Positions 21,830-32,523 of a stretch of 64,000 nt of DNA are shown here, piece after piece. Within the stretch, counting starts at the first letter, position 1. Every line of letters starts with the position of its first letter. The DNA comes from a virus: positions 18,327-82,326 of the IMG/VR virus record IMGVR_UViG_3300032304_001768, one strand, 5' to 3'. The notes under the pieces were generated by a model. The model was not told the DNA's origin and did not search any database. It saw only the letters and a list, made by a program, of their open reading frames with translations. The position numbers were made by a program, and so were the translations under genes.

Positions 21830-22972
21830 GTGAGTGAACTTTGCCAGATTACGCCTATTAGCGCATTTATGTCTACTAACCTCAATTCTAAAATTGAGTG
21901 TTATCAACAATTAGGAGAGCGCATAATGAGAATGTTGGGATACCCTATGATAAACGTAGAGTTGCATCCTGACCAACTTTATGATGCAATTTCCATGTCA
22001 GTTGAATTTTTCACAAAATACGCGGGATACACCCAAGAATTTTTGATTTTTGATAGTAACTTATATGAACCTAATAAGGGATTGCGTTTGGATAATCTAT
22101 TCACAGTTGCCAATACAGGATTTAACTTAACTCAAAAGTTGGCAGAACCACAAAGAGCAAATCCTGATTTTACTGCCGATATTCCAGATGCTTTGTATGT
22201 TTCCCTCACAGCAATTCCGCAAAGTTATTTTGCATCCAGCAGTTCTTTGAGCGGTGCCGTCGCTAGTGATGGCATCACAGAACTTCAGATTATTGATCAG
22301 GCGATATTCTCAGAATTGACTGCGTTTAGACCATCTCTTAGCGCATCATTTAAGAAATCTCCTCAGAAAACTCTTTCAGTTCAATGTCAACCAGTTCAAA
22401 ATGCTACCACATTCAACAACATGTTTGACTATGATGTGATGGATTACCGTAAAGTCATGGCTGTAACTGATTTTGAAGAAGGTTCTACAAACGGTATCAA
22501 CACGCTGTTTACTCTTGAGCAGACTATGGCCCAGCAGACATATTTTAGTTATGCTATGGGTAACTATGGATTTGACTTGCTTTCATGGCACACAATGAAA
22601 GATTGGATTGAAACTAGAGAAAAAATGCTTGCAATACGTAAAGATTTTTATTTTGATGAAAGAACCCAATATTTCAGATTAATCCCACAGCCTAAAAATA
22701 CCAGATTCTATGGAGTTATATCATGCTATGTTGAACGTCCATTAAGAGATCTAATCAAAGAAAAGTGGGTATTGGAATACGCAGTCGCACTATCCAAAAT
22801 TATGTGGGGTAGAATTTTAACTAAAATTACAGGAGTGTCTTTGTTGGGTGGTGGATCATTAAATGGTGGTGAAGTATTATCCGAAGGCGTTAATGAAAAG
22901 GAACGTCTTGAAACCTTCTTGATCGAAGGTGGATATGGTGATTTCCAGCCTATCAGCTTATTCGTTGGATAA
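21830..22972 (+). CDS. neck protein (T4 gp13-like)
   Basis: RMLGYPMINVEL..DQL, WVLEYAVALSK.MWG..L.K..GV.L.GG..LNG. Confidence 0.85.
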   Translation: MSELCQITPISAFMSTNLNSKIECYQQLGERIMRMLGYPMINVELHPDQLYDAISMSVEFFTKYAGYTQEFLIFDSNLYEPNKGLRLDNLFTVANTGFNLTQKLAEPQRANPDFTADIPDALYVSLTAIPQSYFASSSSLSGAVASDGITELQIIDQAIFSELTAFRPSLSASFKKSPQKTLSVQCQPVQNATTFNNMFDYDVMDYRKVMAVTDFEEGSTNGINTLFTLEQTMAQQTYFSYAMGNYGFDLLSWHTMKDWIETREKMLAIRKDFYFDERTQYFRLIPQPKNTRFYGVISCYVERPLRDLIKEKWVLEYAVALSKIMWGRILTKITGVSLLGGGSLNGGEVLSEGVNEKERLETFLIEGGYGDFQPISLFVG

Positions 22973-22975
22973 TTT

Positions 22976-23434
22976 ATGGCATTACCTCTTAAAAGGGACA
23001 AGCGATTCCGACAAGGATATTACACTCCAAAAAATCCCGGTAAATACATGGGATCTGGACAAGCCATTTACAGAAGTGGGCTGGAGTGTAAATTCTTTGT
23101 ATTTTGTGATAACAATCCAAATGTAGTTCGTTGGGGAAGTGAAAATATAATCATTCCCTACAAATCCAAAATCGACGGAAATTGGCATAAGTATTATGTT
23201 GATAATTATGTCGAGATTATGGAAGGAAATACATTAGTTCGATATTTGATAGAAATCAAACCTCATAAGCAAACTCAAAAACCCGTTAGTAAACAGGGTA
23301 AGAAAAAAAGTAGTTTGTTGTATGAACAAACTCAATGGGTTATAAATGCCGAGGGTAAATGGCCCGCTGCTGAAAAATACTGTAAAGACAGAGGTTGGAA
23401 ATTTTTGATTATTACAGAAAAGCAATTGCAATAA
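22976..23434 (+). CDS. head completion nuclease (T4 gp4-like)
   Basis: G.YTPKNPGKY.G, YRSGLE, WGSE, YYVD, EIKP..QT, KW.AA. Confidence 0.88.
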   Translation: MALPLKRDKRFRQGYYTPKNPGKYMGSGQAIYRSGLECKFFVFCDNNPNVVRWGSENIIIPYKSKIDGNWHKYYVDNYVEIMEGNTLVRYLIEIKPHKQTQKPVSKQGKKKSSLLYEQTQWVINAEGKWPAAEKYCKDRGWKFLIITEKQLQ

Positions 23435-23459
23435 ATACAGTTCGATCTAAATATTGTAA

Positions 23460-25991
23460 ATGAAATTGTTTAGCGAAAAGGTTAACAGCACCTTTACTAA
23501 CTCTTCTTTTAACGTCTTACAGGTTGAAAACTTCTCGGAAATTTTCTTCGATGTTTATGAGATTGAGCTTAACAAGATCAAATATCCAGCTGAAAAGATC
23601 GATGAGCATGACGGTCATCCTGTGGTATCTGTTCCTGTAGTAATTGGTGAGCAGGAATATAAATATCCATTTGTCCTATTAAAAGGACCATTTGAGGTAT
23701 TGTTCAATGAAAAGAACAATAGTGTAATTGAAATTCCAGAAGCTCCTGAACTTATCGAAGAATCTATCGAAGAAGTTGAAGATGTCGCGGAAACTACTAA
23801 TTTTGAAGTTCAGCCGAATTATGATGATTTGCTTAGAGAAAATTCCAAAAAGGAAATTCTGAACCAAATTAAAATAGCGAAACAACAAGCTGCTACAAAA
23901 ATCAAAAAACTCAAAGAGTCTGCTCTTTCAGAAGCTACTTTTGATATCAAACTCAAGAAAAAAGAATTTGATAAGACTCTACAAGACGCAAAAGACACCC
24001 TTGTAAATGAGTTTGTTCAAATTTCCAACAGCATCAAATCTGAATTGTTAGACGTTAATAACGATAGATATTCAGAAATTAAGGATACAGTATCTGCAAA
24101 AATTGGTTTACTTGCTGAAAATCTTCAAAGAAATATAACTGAAGATTTTAAATCTGCTTCTAAATCATTCGACGCCAATATCAGAGCGTTGGTAATGGAA
24201 TTGCATACATCATCGGTTTTGCCAAAATTGAAAGATGAGTTGACTGTTATCGCATCTGATGTTGTTGAAAAGGTTTCAAAAATTGAAGAATCTTTAAATG
24301 ACAAGCTTTCGAACAAAGTTGACGTTTCCATGCTGGAGGGTGTCAACAATGAAATTAATGCAATTCAAATAGCTAATATTGAATTGAACAATAACATCAA
24401 CAAAGGCGTTAATAAAGCGTTGTCGCGTCTTGGGAATGTCAATAACAAAATTGACGATGCGATTGTCGATTTGTCGGAAAGTGTTGATATTAAAATAAAA
24501 TCAGCTACTGATAACATCACAAATTACTATTCTTCTAAAATAAAAGAATTAGAAGATCAAACATTTGAGATTAATGAGAGTAGTAGGAGATATTTCATCG
24601 ACTTGATTCAGGAATCTAAAAATAACCTGATTCAAGAAATTAGAAATATCAAAAAAGATGCTCCGATTGAATATGTAATTGAATCCAAGGCAGGCAGAAC
24701 TTCTAAGAGTTTTGATTCAATCACAAGCGAACTTGATAAAAAAATATCTGATAAAATTTCAGATGAAGTTATACGTCTTCGTAAATACATATCGCTTTAT
24801 TCGGGTGGTGGAACAGTTGCCCAGCAATTCGCCGCTGGTGGTATAATGAATGGAGATTTAACTGTTGTTGGTTCGATATCCGCTTCAAACTATCTCGGTT
24901 TGGTTGTCCCTAATCCAGATCTATCACAGTATCTACCAATATCAGGTGGAACCATCACAGGAAATTTAATTGTAAATAATACACTCTCAGCATACTCTCT
25001 GTCAGCTGATCGTATTTTCGCATCTCAGTTAGACGCACTATCTGCTAACATCACAGTCATTGACATCAAGCAATACGAATTATCTGGATTCAATGTAACT
25101 GGCAACTGCACAATTCAAGGTAGTGTTAGTTCAAACAATGCTGTGTATGGTTCTAATTTAGTTTATCTTGGTGGTAACGCAGCAGGATCTAACCTTATTA
25201 TCGGAACCAATGATAGTTATAACTTAGCTCTTGAAACCGATGGTGTAAATAGAATGACCATTTTAAGTTCTGGTAACACTGGTATTGGGACATCTACACC
25301 AAATGAAAGACTGACAGTAGTTGGTAATATAAGTTCGAGTGGAGCTATGATTGCTTCAAATTATAACCCCGGAACAAACGTTGCTGCATTTTTACAAACA
25401 CCGACAAGTAATAATTTAAGAGCAGCATTATCGGATGAAACTGGAACTGGGGCAAATGTATTCGCTGATAATGCTACGCTGTCAAATCCAACAATCAATA
25501 ATGCACTAACATTAAATGCTACAACATACACATACACAAGTGCAGCTGCTATTAGTCACCTAGCAGGACTCGGAACTCGTAGAGCTAGACTATCTTCAGA
25601 TTTGGTAGTTCCTACTGGTAATGTCACTGTTAATGCACTAACACTACCAGTAGTATCAGGCAAGACCTACAAACTTCACCTCCATTTGTTTAACTCAGGC
25701 ACTGCGGGTTGCACAGTAAATAGTCAAATCGTTTGTAGTTTTAACATTACTAATGCAAATTTATTTTATAGAAGACCTGGTGTTGAGGGAACGAACACTG
25801 TGTTAGTAGCCTCCCCTTGGACTGGGTTCTCTTACTTTAACAATACAGGTGCCACCACTCAAGCTGCCATTATGGAGGGTTATTTTACTGCTGCTTCTAG
25901 TGGAAACTTTGGCTTTTCATTTGGATCAACAGGTGGGACGGGAGCTACTCTCTTTGCAAATAGTTTTGTTGAACTAACAGAAATTTTTTAA
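23460..25991 (+). CDS. coiled-coil virion protein with fibre-like C-terminus
   Basis: Long coiled coil, SGGG hinge, YLPISGG and GIGTSTP..LTVVGNI fibre repeats. Confidence 0.6.
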   Translation: MKLFSEKVNSTFTNSSFNVLQVENFSEIFFDVYEIELNKIKYPAEKIDEHDGHPVVSVPVVIGEQEYKYPFVLLKGPFEVLFNEKNNSVIEIPEAPELIEESIEEVEDVAETTNFEVQPNYDDLLRENSKKEILNQIKIAKQQAATKIKKLKESALSEATFDIKLKKKEFDKTLQDAKDTLVNEFVQISNSIKSELLDVNNDRYSEIKDTVSAKIGLLAENLQRNITEDFKSASKSFDANIRALVMELHTSSVLPKLKDELTVIASDVVEKVSKIEESLNDKLSNKVDVSMLEGVNNEINAIQIANIELNNNINKGVNKALSRLGNVNNKIDDAIVDLSESVDIKIKSATDNITNYYSSKIKELEDQTFEINESSRRYFIDLIQESKNNLIQEIRNIKKDAPIEYVIESKAGRTSKSFDSITSELDKKISDKISDEVIRLRKYISLYSGGGTVAQQFAAGGIMNGDLTVVGSISASNYLGLVVPNPDLSQYLPISGGTITGNLIVNNTLSAYSLSADRIFASQLDALSANITVIDIKQYELSGFNVTGNCTIQGSVSSNNAVYGSNLVYLGGNAAGSNLIIGTNDSYNLALETDGVNRMTILSSGNTGIGTSTPNERLTVVGNISSSGAMIASNYNPGTNVAAFLQTPTSNNLRAALSDETGTGANVFADNATLSNPTINNALTLNATTYTYTSAAAISHLAGLGTRRARLSSDLVVPTGNVTVNALTLPVVSGKTYKLHLHLFNSGTAGCTVNSQIVCSFNITNANLFYRRPGVEGTNTVLVASPWTGFSYFNNTGATTQAAIMEGYFTAASSGNFGFSFGSTGGTGATLFANSFVELTEIF

Positions 25992-26100
25992 TCTATGAAT
26001 ACACAACTAATAACCAAAGAATTTGAAAAGATATTACCTCACAAAGTAGTCGAGGTTGTAAGATAGACTGCTATTCACCAAGAAATTCTATGCTAAAAAT

Positions 26101-26475
26101 ATGATCGAATCATTAACACCAACACAATACAATAGAGAGCTTGCTAAAATTCAAACTAAGGCAGCTCGTCATTATGCAATCACACAGAACGAATGCTATC
26201 AAAAGTTCTGGAATCGTGATCCTCAAGTCATTCTTGATAGTATCAATAGCAACATACCTTTGACACTCGAACGATTCGAAGGTAACACCGATTTGGGAAT
26301 AGCCGTAAACAAGCAGTTAGAAAAGACTGATGTAGGTGAACGCTGCATAGTTACTATGCCGCAAGGCTATTCATTCAATGGCTCGGTATTTGAGTATGCA
26401 GTTCCAGTCATTATTACAGAAGATATAGACATAACAGAAACTATCACAGTTCAGACGGATGATACTCTTTATTGA
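26101..26475 (+). CDS. hypothetical protein (possible fibre chaperone)
   Basis: ORF following the fibre gene. Confidence 0.5.
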   Translation: MIESLTPTQYNRELAKIQTKAARHYAITQNECYQKFWNRDPQVILDSINSNIPLTLERFEGNTDLGIAVNKQLEKTDVGERCIVTMPQGYSFNGSVFEYAVPVIITEDIDITETITVQTDDTLY

Positions 26476-26555
26476 ATTTTATCTACTGCTAGTAGATTGG
26501 TGTTAATTGACTATATTGGTTAGAGAAATGAATACAAGGCTAATTAAATAACTTT

Positions 26556-26870
26556 ATGGCATCAGACGCACAATACATTCCATATTTCAATAACAATATC
26601 TGTAAATCTTTCAGACAATCAATATCAACTTCTTTGGTAGCGTTATCTGCACAGGTTTGCTCGGAAGTTATAATCTACAATAAGACTGGTGGGGATATTA
26701 CAATTTATGATAATAACAACTTCTCAGTTCTTAATAGTTTGTTATTATCAAACAATGACAATGTTGTGATACGAGGAATTACAAATACCAATCAAGTAAG
26801 CGCATCTGCATCATCAGCAGGCGCAATGTATTACAGAACTCAATATTATTCTTATACTCCAAGTAGATAA
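26556..26870 (+). CDS. small virion protein
   Basis: TAAATA-N5-ATG; S/T/N-rich beta-like sequence. Confidence 0.55.
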   Translation: MASDAQYIPYFNNNICKSFRQSISTSLVALSAQVCSEVIIYNKTGGDITIYDNNNFSVLNSLLLSNNDNVVIRGITNTNQVSASASSAGAMYYRTQYYSYTPSR

Positions 26871-26909
26871 TATCAGTAGATTTAAAGCTTTACTTAGATA
26901 AATACAACT

Positions 26910-27578
26910 ATGGCATTAAAACTAAAACTAATCTCCGAGAATCCAGATCTGTTAGAAGATTTCGAAATTGTTGAAGAACAAGACAATCTAAAGGCTGGTA
27001 ACTCCTTGTATGTTAAAGGTCCGTTTATTGGATGTAACCAAGTTAATAAAAATAAACGTTACTACGATCTTTTGGACACAAGAGACGAGGTTAACAGATA
27101 CATTCAAGAGATGGTTCTTCCCGGTAGAGCAATGGGTGAATTAAATCACCCGTCTAGTGCTGATGTCAATCTTGAAAGAGCATGTCACTTGGTTACTGAA
27201 CTCAAGGAAGTTGACAATGCATTTTATGGAAAAGCTAAAGTTCTCACAACTCCAATGGGTCAAATCCTTAGAGCTTTGATCAACGATGGTGTTAAGGTTG
27301 GTATGTCAACTCGCGCTTTAGGTTCTTTGCAAGAAGAATCTTCATACAGCAGAGTTAAGAATATGCGTTTGGTTGCAGTTGATGCAGTTGCCGATCCATC
27401 TTTCCCAAAAGCTTTTGTTAATGGTATTCTTGAAAGCAAGACTTATGTGCTTGAACAAGATGGTTCATTTGAAGAAGTTTACGAAAACTTCCAAGCTTCC
27501 ATATCTAAATTACCTAAAAAGGATATGGATGGTTATCTCAAGGAACAAATTTTGAAATTTATTAACGCCTTGAATTAA
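26910..27578 (+). CDS. prohead protease (T4 gp21-like)
   Basis: NKNKRYY, GELNHP, TPMGQI, GMSTRALGSL, D.VADPS. Confidence 0.93.
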   Translation: MALKLKLISENPDLLEDFEIVEEQDNLKAGNSLYVKGPFIGCNQVNKNKRYYDLLDTRDEVNRYIQEMVLPGRAMGELNHPSSADVNLERACHLVTELKEVDNAFYGKAKVLTTPMGQILRALINDGVKVGMSTRALGSLQEESSYSRVKNMRLVAVDAVADPSFPKAFVNGILESKTYVLEQDGSFEEVYENFQASISKLPKKDMDGYLKEQILKFINALN

Positions 27579-27586
27579 ATAAACTT

Positions 27587-28105
27587 ATGCCACTCAAAAA
27601 AGGAAAAGACCAAGAAACTATCTCTTCTAATATTGGGGAATTGATGAACACTTACGAGAAAAAAGGTAAGATCGGAACTTCAAAGCCCAAGAATAAGAAG
27701 AAAGCTGCTGAACAAGCAGCCGCAATTGCATACAGCAAAGCTGGAAAAAGCAAGAACTCTAAGAAAAAGAAGCCAGAAGAGGATAACGAATCCGTTGCCA
27801 AGAAAATGAAAAAAGGTAATGGTAAAGCTACATTCAAAGTCAAGGCTGCTAAAACCAGAAAGAAATCCGCTCCACCTACACAGGTTCATCGTAAGAAAAA
27901 AGGCAAAGGAAGCTATAATCGCAAAACTTCCGTTGAACAATTAAACAATGACAAAGGTGTTTTCAGTGAAAATCAAGAAATTTCTCTGTTTATTAAATGT
28001 ATTTTGGAGAAAAAATACAACGATGCGAATAAATATTTAACAGGTATTCTTAACGCCAAGATGCAAGCTCGCATCGAGGACGAACTTAACACCCCTTTAT
28101 TCTAA
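27587..28105 (+). CDS. basic prohead core-associated protein
   Basis: MPLKKGK..TISSNI, QAAAIAYSKA; between gp21 and gp22. Confidence 0.55.
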   Translation: MPLKKGKDQETISSNIGELMNTYEKKGKIGTSKPKNKKKAAEQAAAIAYSKAGKSKNSKKKKPEEDNESVAKKMKKGNGKATFKVKAAKTRKKSAPPTQVHRKKKGKGSYNRKTSVEQLNNDKGVFSENQEISLFIKCILEKKYNDANKYLTGILNAKMQARIEDELNTPLF

Positions 28106-28108
28106 ACT

Positions 28109-28984
28109 ATGAAAATTAAAGATTTACTCAACGAAGATGTTGTAAAGATCATGAGCGAAGATACGCTAGTGGCCATTCAGGAAGCTTTCGATAAGAAAGT
28201 TGAATTGACAACCGAAGCAGCCCTCGTTGCACAAGATGAACTTTATGCCGAGAAGTTAGATCAACTTATCAAGACGATTGATAGAGACCACAGTGTCAAA
28301 ATGAAGCGTATTGTAGGTGCTATCGATCAAGACAGAACTCAAAAGCTCTTGAAGGTTGTTAAGAAGTATGAAACCGCTCTTAATGAAGGAAGCCAAGGAA
28401 CAGTTGCCCACGTTGTAGGTGCAGTTAGTTCATATCTTGATTCTTTCTTGGAAGAAAGCTTCTCCAGAGAAGATTTCTCCAAGGCAGTTAAGAACACCTC
28501 TGCTATGAACGTTCTTGAAAGACTTCGCAACACACTCGCTGTTGACAGCGTGATGATGAAGGAATCCGTTCAAGAAGCAGTTCTTGATGGCAAGGGTAAG
28601 ATTGATAATCTTCAGAGCGAAAACGTTCAACTTAAAAAGCAATTGAAAGTTCTCGAAGAAAACTTCAACACTGTTCGTGTCAACGCTCTCATCGAAGAAA
28701 AGATTTCTAAGATGTCTGATGACAAGAAGAGCTTCGTTCGTAAGACCCTCAAGGATAAGTCATTCGATTTCATCTCAGAGAATTTCGACTATGTTTCCCG
28801 TCTCTTTGACAAAAAGGAGAAGGAAAAGATCAAAAGCATCACAGAAGACGCGAAAAAGCGTAAGATTGATGTAGATTTTATTCCAGAACAACAAAAAGTT
28901 GTAACGGAAAGCATAAATAATAACAACGACGATGCATATGATCCATATGTTTCCGAGTTGGATAAAGTTTTCGGAAAACGATAA
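28109..28984 (+). CDS. prohead scaffold (T4 gp22-like)
   Basis: Helical E/K-rich protein immediately upstream of the major capsid gene. Confidence 0.75.
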   Translation: MKIKDLLNEDVVKIMSEDTLVAIQEAFDKKVELTTEAALVAQDELYAEKLDQLIKTIDRDHSVKMKRIVGAIDQDRTQKLLKVVKKYETALNEGSQGTVAHVVGAVSSYLDSFLEESFSREDFSKAVKNTSAMNVLERLRNTLAVDSVMMKESVQEAVLDGKGKIDNLQSENVQLKKQLKVLEENFNTVRVNALIEEKISKMSDDKKSFVRKTLKDKSFDFISENFDYVSRLFDKKEKEKIKSITEDAKKRKIDVDFIPEQQKVVTESINNNNDDAYDPYVSELDKVFGKR

Positions 28985-29050
28985 ATTTTTTCACCAAGAG
29001 TCATGAGGTCGCAAGACCTGAATATATAGAAACAGAGAATACGTCAAAAT

Positions 29051-30517
29051 ATGAAACCAAACTCACAAGTTAATGAAAGCAGAACTGATGCACTCGTAAG
29101 AAAGTGGTCTAAGGTCTTGGATTACTCCTCAAAGGGAGTTGCTCCAATCCGTGATGAACACACTTACAGAACAACAGCTATGCTTCTTGAAAACCAAGAG
29201 CAATGGTGTATCCAAGAATCCAATGCAGCAGCTACTGGCGGTGTTTTCGGTGCTTTGCAACCTACTGGCACTCCCGGTATTGCTAACTCCGACAGCTACG
29301 CAACAGGCGATGCTAGACTTCCTAAGATCCTCATTCCTATGATTCGACGCACTTTCCCTGAGTTGATTTCCAACGAACTTGTTGGTGTTCAGCCTATGGG
29401 TGGACCAGTTGGTCTTGCTTTCGCCCTTCGTTATGCTTATCAAGCAGATACCCTTAGTGATTTCGGTGTCGATGGTAAGAACACTGAGGGTGGAACAGGA
29501 ACCCGCATTAAAACACTCAATCCACAATTAAGTGGTGCAGGCGGTCTACCATATTCCGAACTTGGTTATCAACTTCTTGATACACGTTTCACCGGAGCTT
29601 CTTCCGCATTTCTTTCTGGCAATACAGACGCTGGTTGGACATTCGCTGATCAGGACCGTGGTGTTGCTGAACTTCTCGCTAATTACGAACTGACAGGTAA
29701 AATCCCTCAGATCGAAATGAAGTTTGAGAAGACTGCTGTTGAAGCAGGAACTCGTAGACTTGCTACCCGCTGGTCTGTCGAGCTTGAGCAAGACCTTAAG
29801 AACATGCAAGGTATCGATATCGATGGAGAACTTACGAACGCAATGTCGTATGAAATCCAAGCCGAAATCGACCGTGAAGTTGTGATGCGTATGATTCAAT
29901 CCGCCATGAATGGTGGAGCAGGTGCTGGTTACTCCATTTGGAGCCCAGTTAGTGCCGATGGTCGTTGGACTGCGGAGCGTAACATCACTTTCTATCAGAA
30001 GCTACTTATCGAGTCCGGTCGTATGGCCGCTCGTAACCGCCGTGGAGCCGCTAACTTTGTTATCGCAACTCCTCGCGTTTGCACTATCCTTGAAATGCTT
30101 CCAGACTTCAAAACATTTGAAATCGCTGGAACTGTTGCAACAGGTGGTGTTGGTGTAGCTAAGGTAGGAACTGTTGGAAATCGCTTCACCGTTTATCGTG
30201 ACACCAGAACAGAAGTTCAGAACTCCTCTTACTACAACCCAAATTACTATTCAGGCAGATCCCCATCTACTGTTGAGTATGCGTTGCTTGGTTACAAGGG
30301 TGCTGAATACTATGATACTGGTATCATCTACTGTCCTTACATCCCGATCATGGTTCAAAGAACTATTGGTCCAAATGATTTCGCCCCTCGCGTTGGTCTC
30401 ATGACCCGCTATGGTATCGTGAACAATATCTTTGGAGCAAATCTTTATTACCACTTGATCCTTGTCAAGAACCTTGGTGATGCGTTTACGCCCGGAACAG
30501 TTAGCACATATTTATAA
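29051..30517 (+). CDS. major capsid protein (T4 gp23-like)
   Basis: LLENQE, GVQPMGGPVGLAFALR, ELEQDLK, EIDRE, YCPYIP, MTRYG. Confidence 0.97.
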   Translation: MKPNSQVNESRTDALVRKWSKVLDYSSKGVAPIRDEHTYRTTAMLLENQEQWCIQESNAAATGGVFGALQPTGTPGIANSDSYATGDARLPKILIPMIRRTFPELISNELVGVQPMGGPVGLAFALRYAYQADTLSDFGVDGKNTEGGTGTRIKTLNPQLSGAGGLPYSELGYQLLDTRFTGASSAFLSGNTDAGWTFADQDRGVAELLANYELTGKIPQIEMKFEKTAVEAGTRRLATRWSVELEQDLKNMQGIDIDGELTNAMSYEIQAEIDREVVMRMIQSAMNGGAGAGYSIWSPVSADGRWTAERNITFYQKLLIESGRMAARNRRGAANFVIATPRVCTILEMLPDFKTFEIAGTVATGGVGVAKVGTVGNRFTVYRDTRTEVQNSSYYNPNYYSGRSPSTVEYALLGYKGAEYYDTGIIYCPYIPIMVQRTIGPNDFAPRVGLMTRYGIVNNIFGANLYYHLILVKNLGDAFTPGTVSTYL

Positions 30518-30567
30518 TTCGTTATAAATACGCGACTTACCGAAGTAAATCGACAAAGAATCAAACC

Positions 30568-30606
30568 GAAGCCAGAGGAACCGAAGATCCTCTGGCTTCT
30601 TCTTTT
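30568..30606 (+). terminator. intrinsic terminator after the capsid gene
   Basis: 12-bp stem GAAGCCAGAGGA/TCCTCTGGCTTC followed by a T-rich tract. Confidence 0.85.
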
Positions 30607-30655
30607 AATAAATTGAATTAGTTGACATTGGACCGACAGTGCGTTAAATATATAC

Positions 30656-32098
30656 ATGCCATCGAAATTGACAACCGCTGATGTAATCAAAAGATTTAAA
30701 TTTATTCATGGTGACAAGTATGATTATTGTAATTTTGAATATGGCGGAACTAAACTGATAAAAGGAACTGTTATATGTAAATTGCATGGAGATTTTAATA
30801 TCAGCAGAATGCATCATGAAAGAGGTATTGGATGTCCAACATGTGCAAATGTCCCAATAGGTGGACATAAAAAGAAAACCAAAACTGAATTTCTTAATCA
30901 ATTAGAATTATCTATTTTAAAAAGCTACGATTTTTCTAAATTTGAATATATAAATAATCACACAAAAGGCATTGTCATATGCAATTTACATGGGGAATTT
31001 TTAAAAAGTCCTAAAAAACTCTTATTAAATCAAGGATGCCCCAAATGTAGTGGTAAACATAAATCATCAGCTTTTTCTTTACAAGAGCAATTACCACAAT
31101 ATGATTTATCTAAATTTGAATATGTAAATAATAAAACATCCAGTATTGTATCATGTCCTATTCATGGCGATTGGACAGCAAGACCGGATAATCTATTGTT
31201 TGGAAAAACGAGATGTCCATCATGCGCAGGCACCGTATCAAAAATAGAAGAAGAACTTAGAGAATATATAATGTCCCTTGGCGTAGAATGCCAATACAAT
31301 GATAAATCTATAATCCCATCTAAATTAGAATTGGATATTTACATACCAACACATTCTCTCGCAATAGAACTCAATGGGTTATATTTTCATTCTGAACTAT
31401 CTGGGAATAAATCAAAATTTTATCATTTAAACAAAACAGAAGAATGCGAAAAATTAGGAATACAATTATTGCATATTTTTGAAGATGAATGGAGAGATAA
31501 AAAAAATATCTGGAAAAGTGTGATACGCCAAAAACTAAAAATGACACCTGTGCGAATTTTTGCTAGAAAATGCGCAATACGCGAAGTCTCATTAGCAGAG
31601 GCTTCTAAATTTCTCAATGAGAATCATTTGCAGGGATACGGAGTTTCTAAAAATAGATATGGTTTGTATTACAATGATGAATTGGTTTCTATTTTGACTA
31701 TTTGTAAAAGTAGATTTGATAAATCTATTGATTATGAAATATCAAGATTTGCTAATAAGCTAAATCATATCGTAGTTGGTGGATTTAGTAAATTATTAAC
31801 TTATTTTATCAGAAATTTACATCCCACTACTATTGTGACTTATGCCGACAGAAGGATTTCTACTGGTGATGTATATAGAAAATTTGGAATGGTTGAATAT
31901 CCAACAACCGCCCCCAATTACACATATTTTAAAAAACAATCACCTAAGCGATTCTCGCGAATGGAATTTCAAAAACATAAATTGTCTAAAAAACTTTCAA
32001 TCTTCGATTCCAATAAGACAGAATGGGATAATATGATTGCTAATGGATATGATCGTATATGGGATTGTGGAAATAGAAAATTTGTTTGGCGATCATAA
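30656..32098 (+). CDS. Hef-like homing endonuclease
   Basis: Repeated YDYS..Y..C..HG...GCP.C units, ELDIYIP..LAIELNGLYFHS, YADRR, RIWDCG. Confidence 0.8.
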   Translation: MPSKLTTADVIKRFKFIHGDKYDYCNFEYGGTKLIKGTVICKLHGDFNISRMHHERGIGCPTCANVPIGGHKKKTKTEFLNQLELSILKSYDFSKFEYINNHTKGIVICNLHGEFLKSPKKLLLNQGCPKCSGKHKSSAFSLQEQLPQYDLSKFEYVNNKTSSIVSCPIHGDWTARPDNLLFGKTRCPSCAGTVSKIEEELREYIMSLGVECQYNDKSIIPSKLELDIYIPTHSLAIELNGLYFHSELSGNKSKFYHLNKTEECEKLGIQLLHIFEDEWRDKKNIWKSVIRQKLKMTPVRIFARKCAIREVSLAEASKFLNENHLQGYGVSKNRYGLYYNDELVSILTICKSRFDKSIDYEISRFANKLNHIVVGGFSKLLTYFIRNLHPTTIVTYADRRISTGDVYRKFGMVEYPTTAPNYTYFKKQSPKRFSRMEFQKHKLSKKLSIFDSNKTEWDNMIANGYDRIWDCGNRKFVWRS

Positions 32099-32134
32099 AT
32101 GTATTTTTGTATGAATAAATAACTAAATAAGAAT

Positions 32135-32509
32135 ATGGCACTTTACTCATTTACATCAGCCCTACTATCCTCATCTGCATCTAACCCTGCTCCAATAAAT
32201 GCTTCACTATCTGCAAACGGAGTGAATGTTATTTCATTATCCGCTCCTGTTGATGCTATCGTATTCAATCCAGTAAGCACTCTTAATTCAAGATTAAGCA
32301 GCTGCACAATCAACGGTTGTGTATTTGCCATTGATACTGCATACAGCGGTTCTGTAATGGCATTGGCAGACGTTCCATCAAGAACATATACTGTATTCAC
32401 ATACAACTCTGCATTCGCTACTGTTCCATTGTCCGCTGTTGCATACGCTTCAACCACAGAAGTTTCTACTAGCGATCAACGTAGATTGCGTCTATTAGGT
32501 TACTGTTGA
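32135..32509 (+). CDS. small virion protein
   Basis: TAAATA-N5-ATG; S/A/T-rich. Confidence 0.55.
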   Translation: MALYSFTSALLSSSASNPAPINASLSANGVNVISLSAPVDAIVFNPVSTLNSRLSSCTINGCVFAIDTAYSGSVMALADVPSRTYTVFTYNSAFATVPLSAVAYASTTEVSTSDQRRLRLLGYC

Positions 32510-32523
32510 TCTAAATATTCTTG

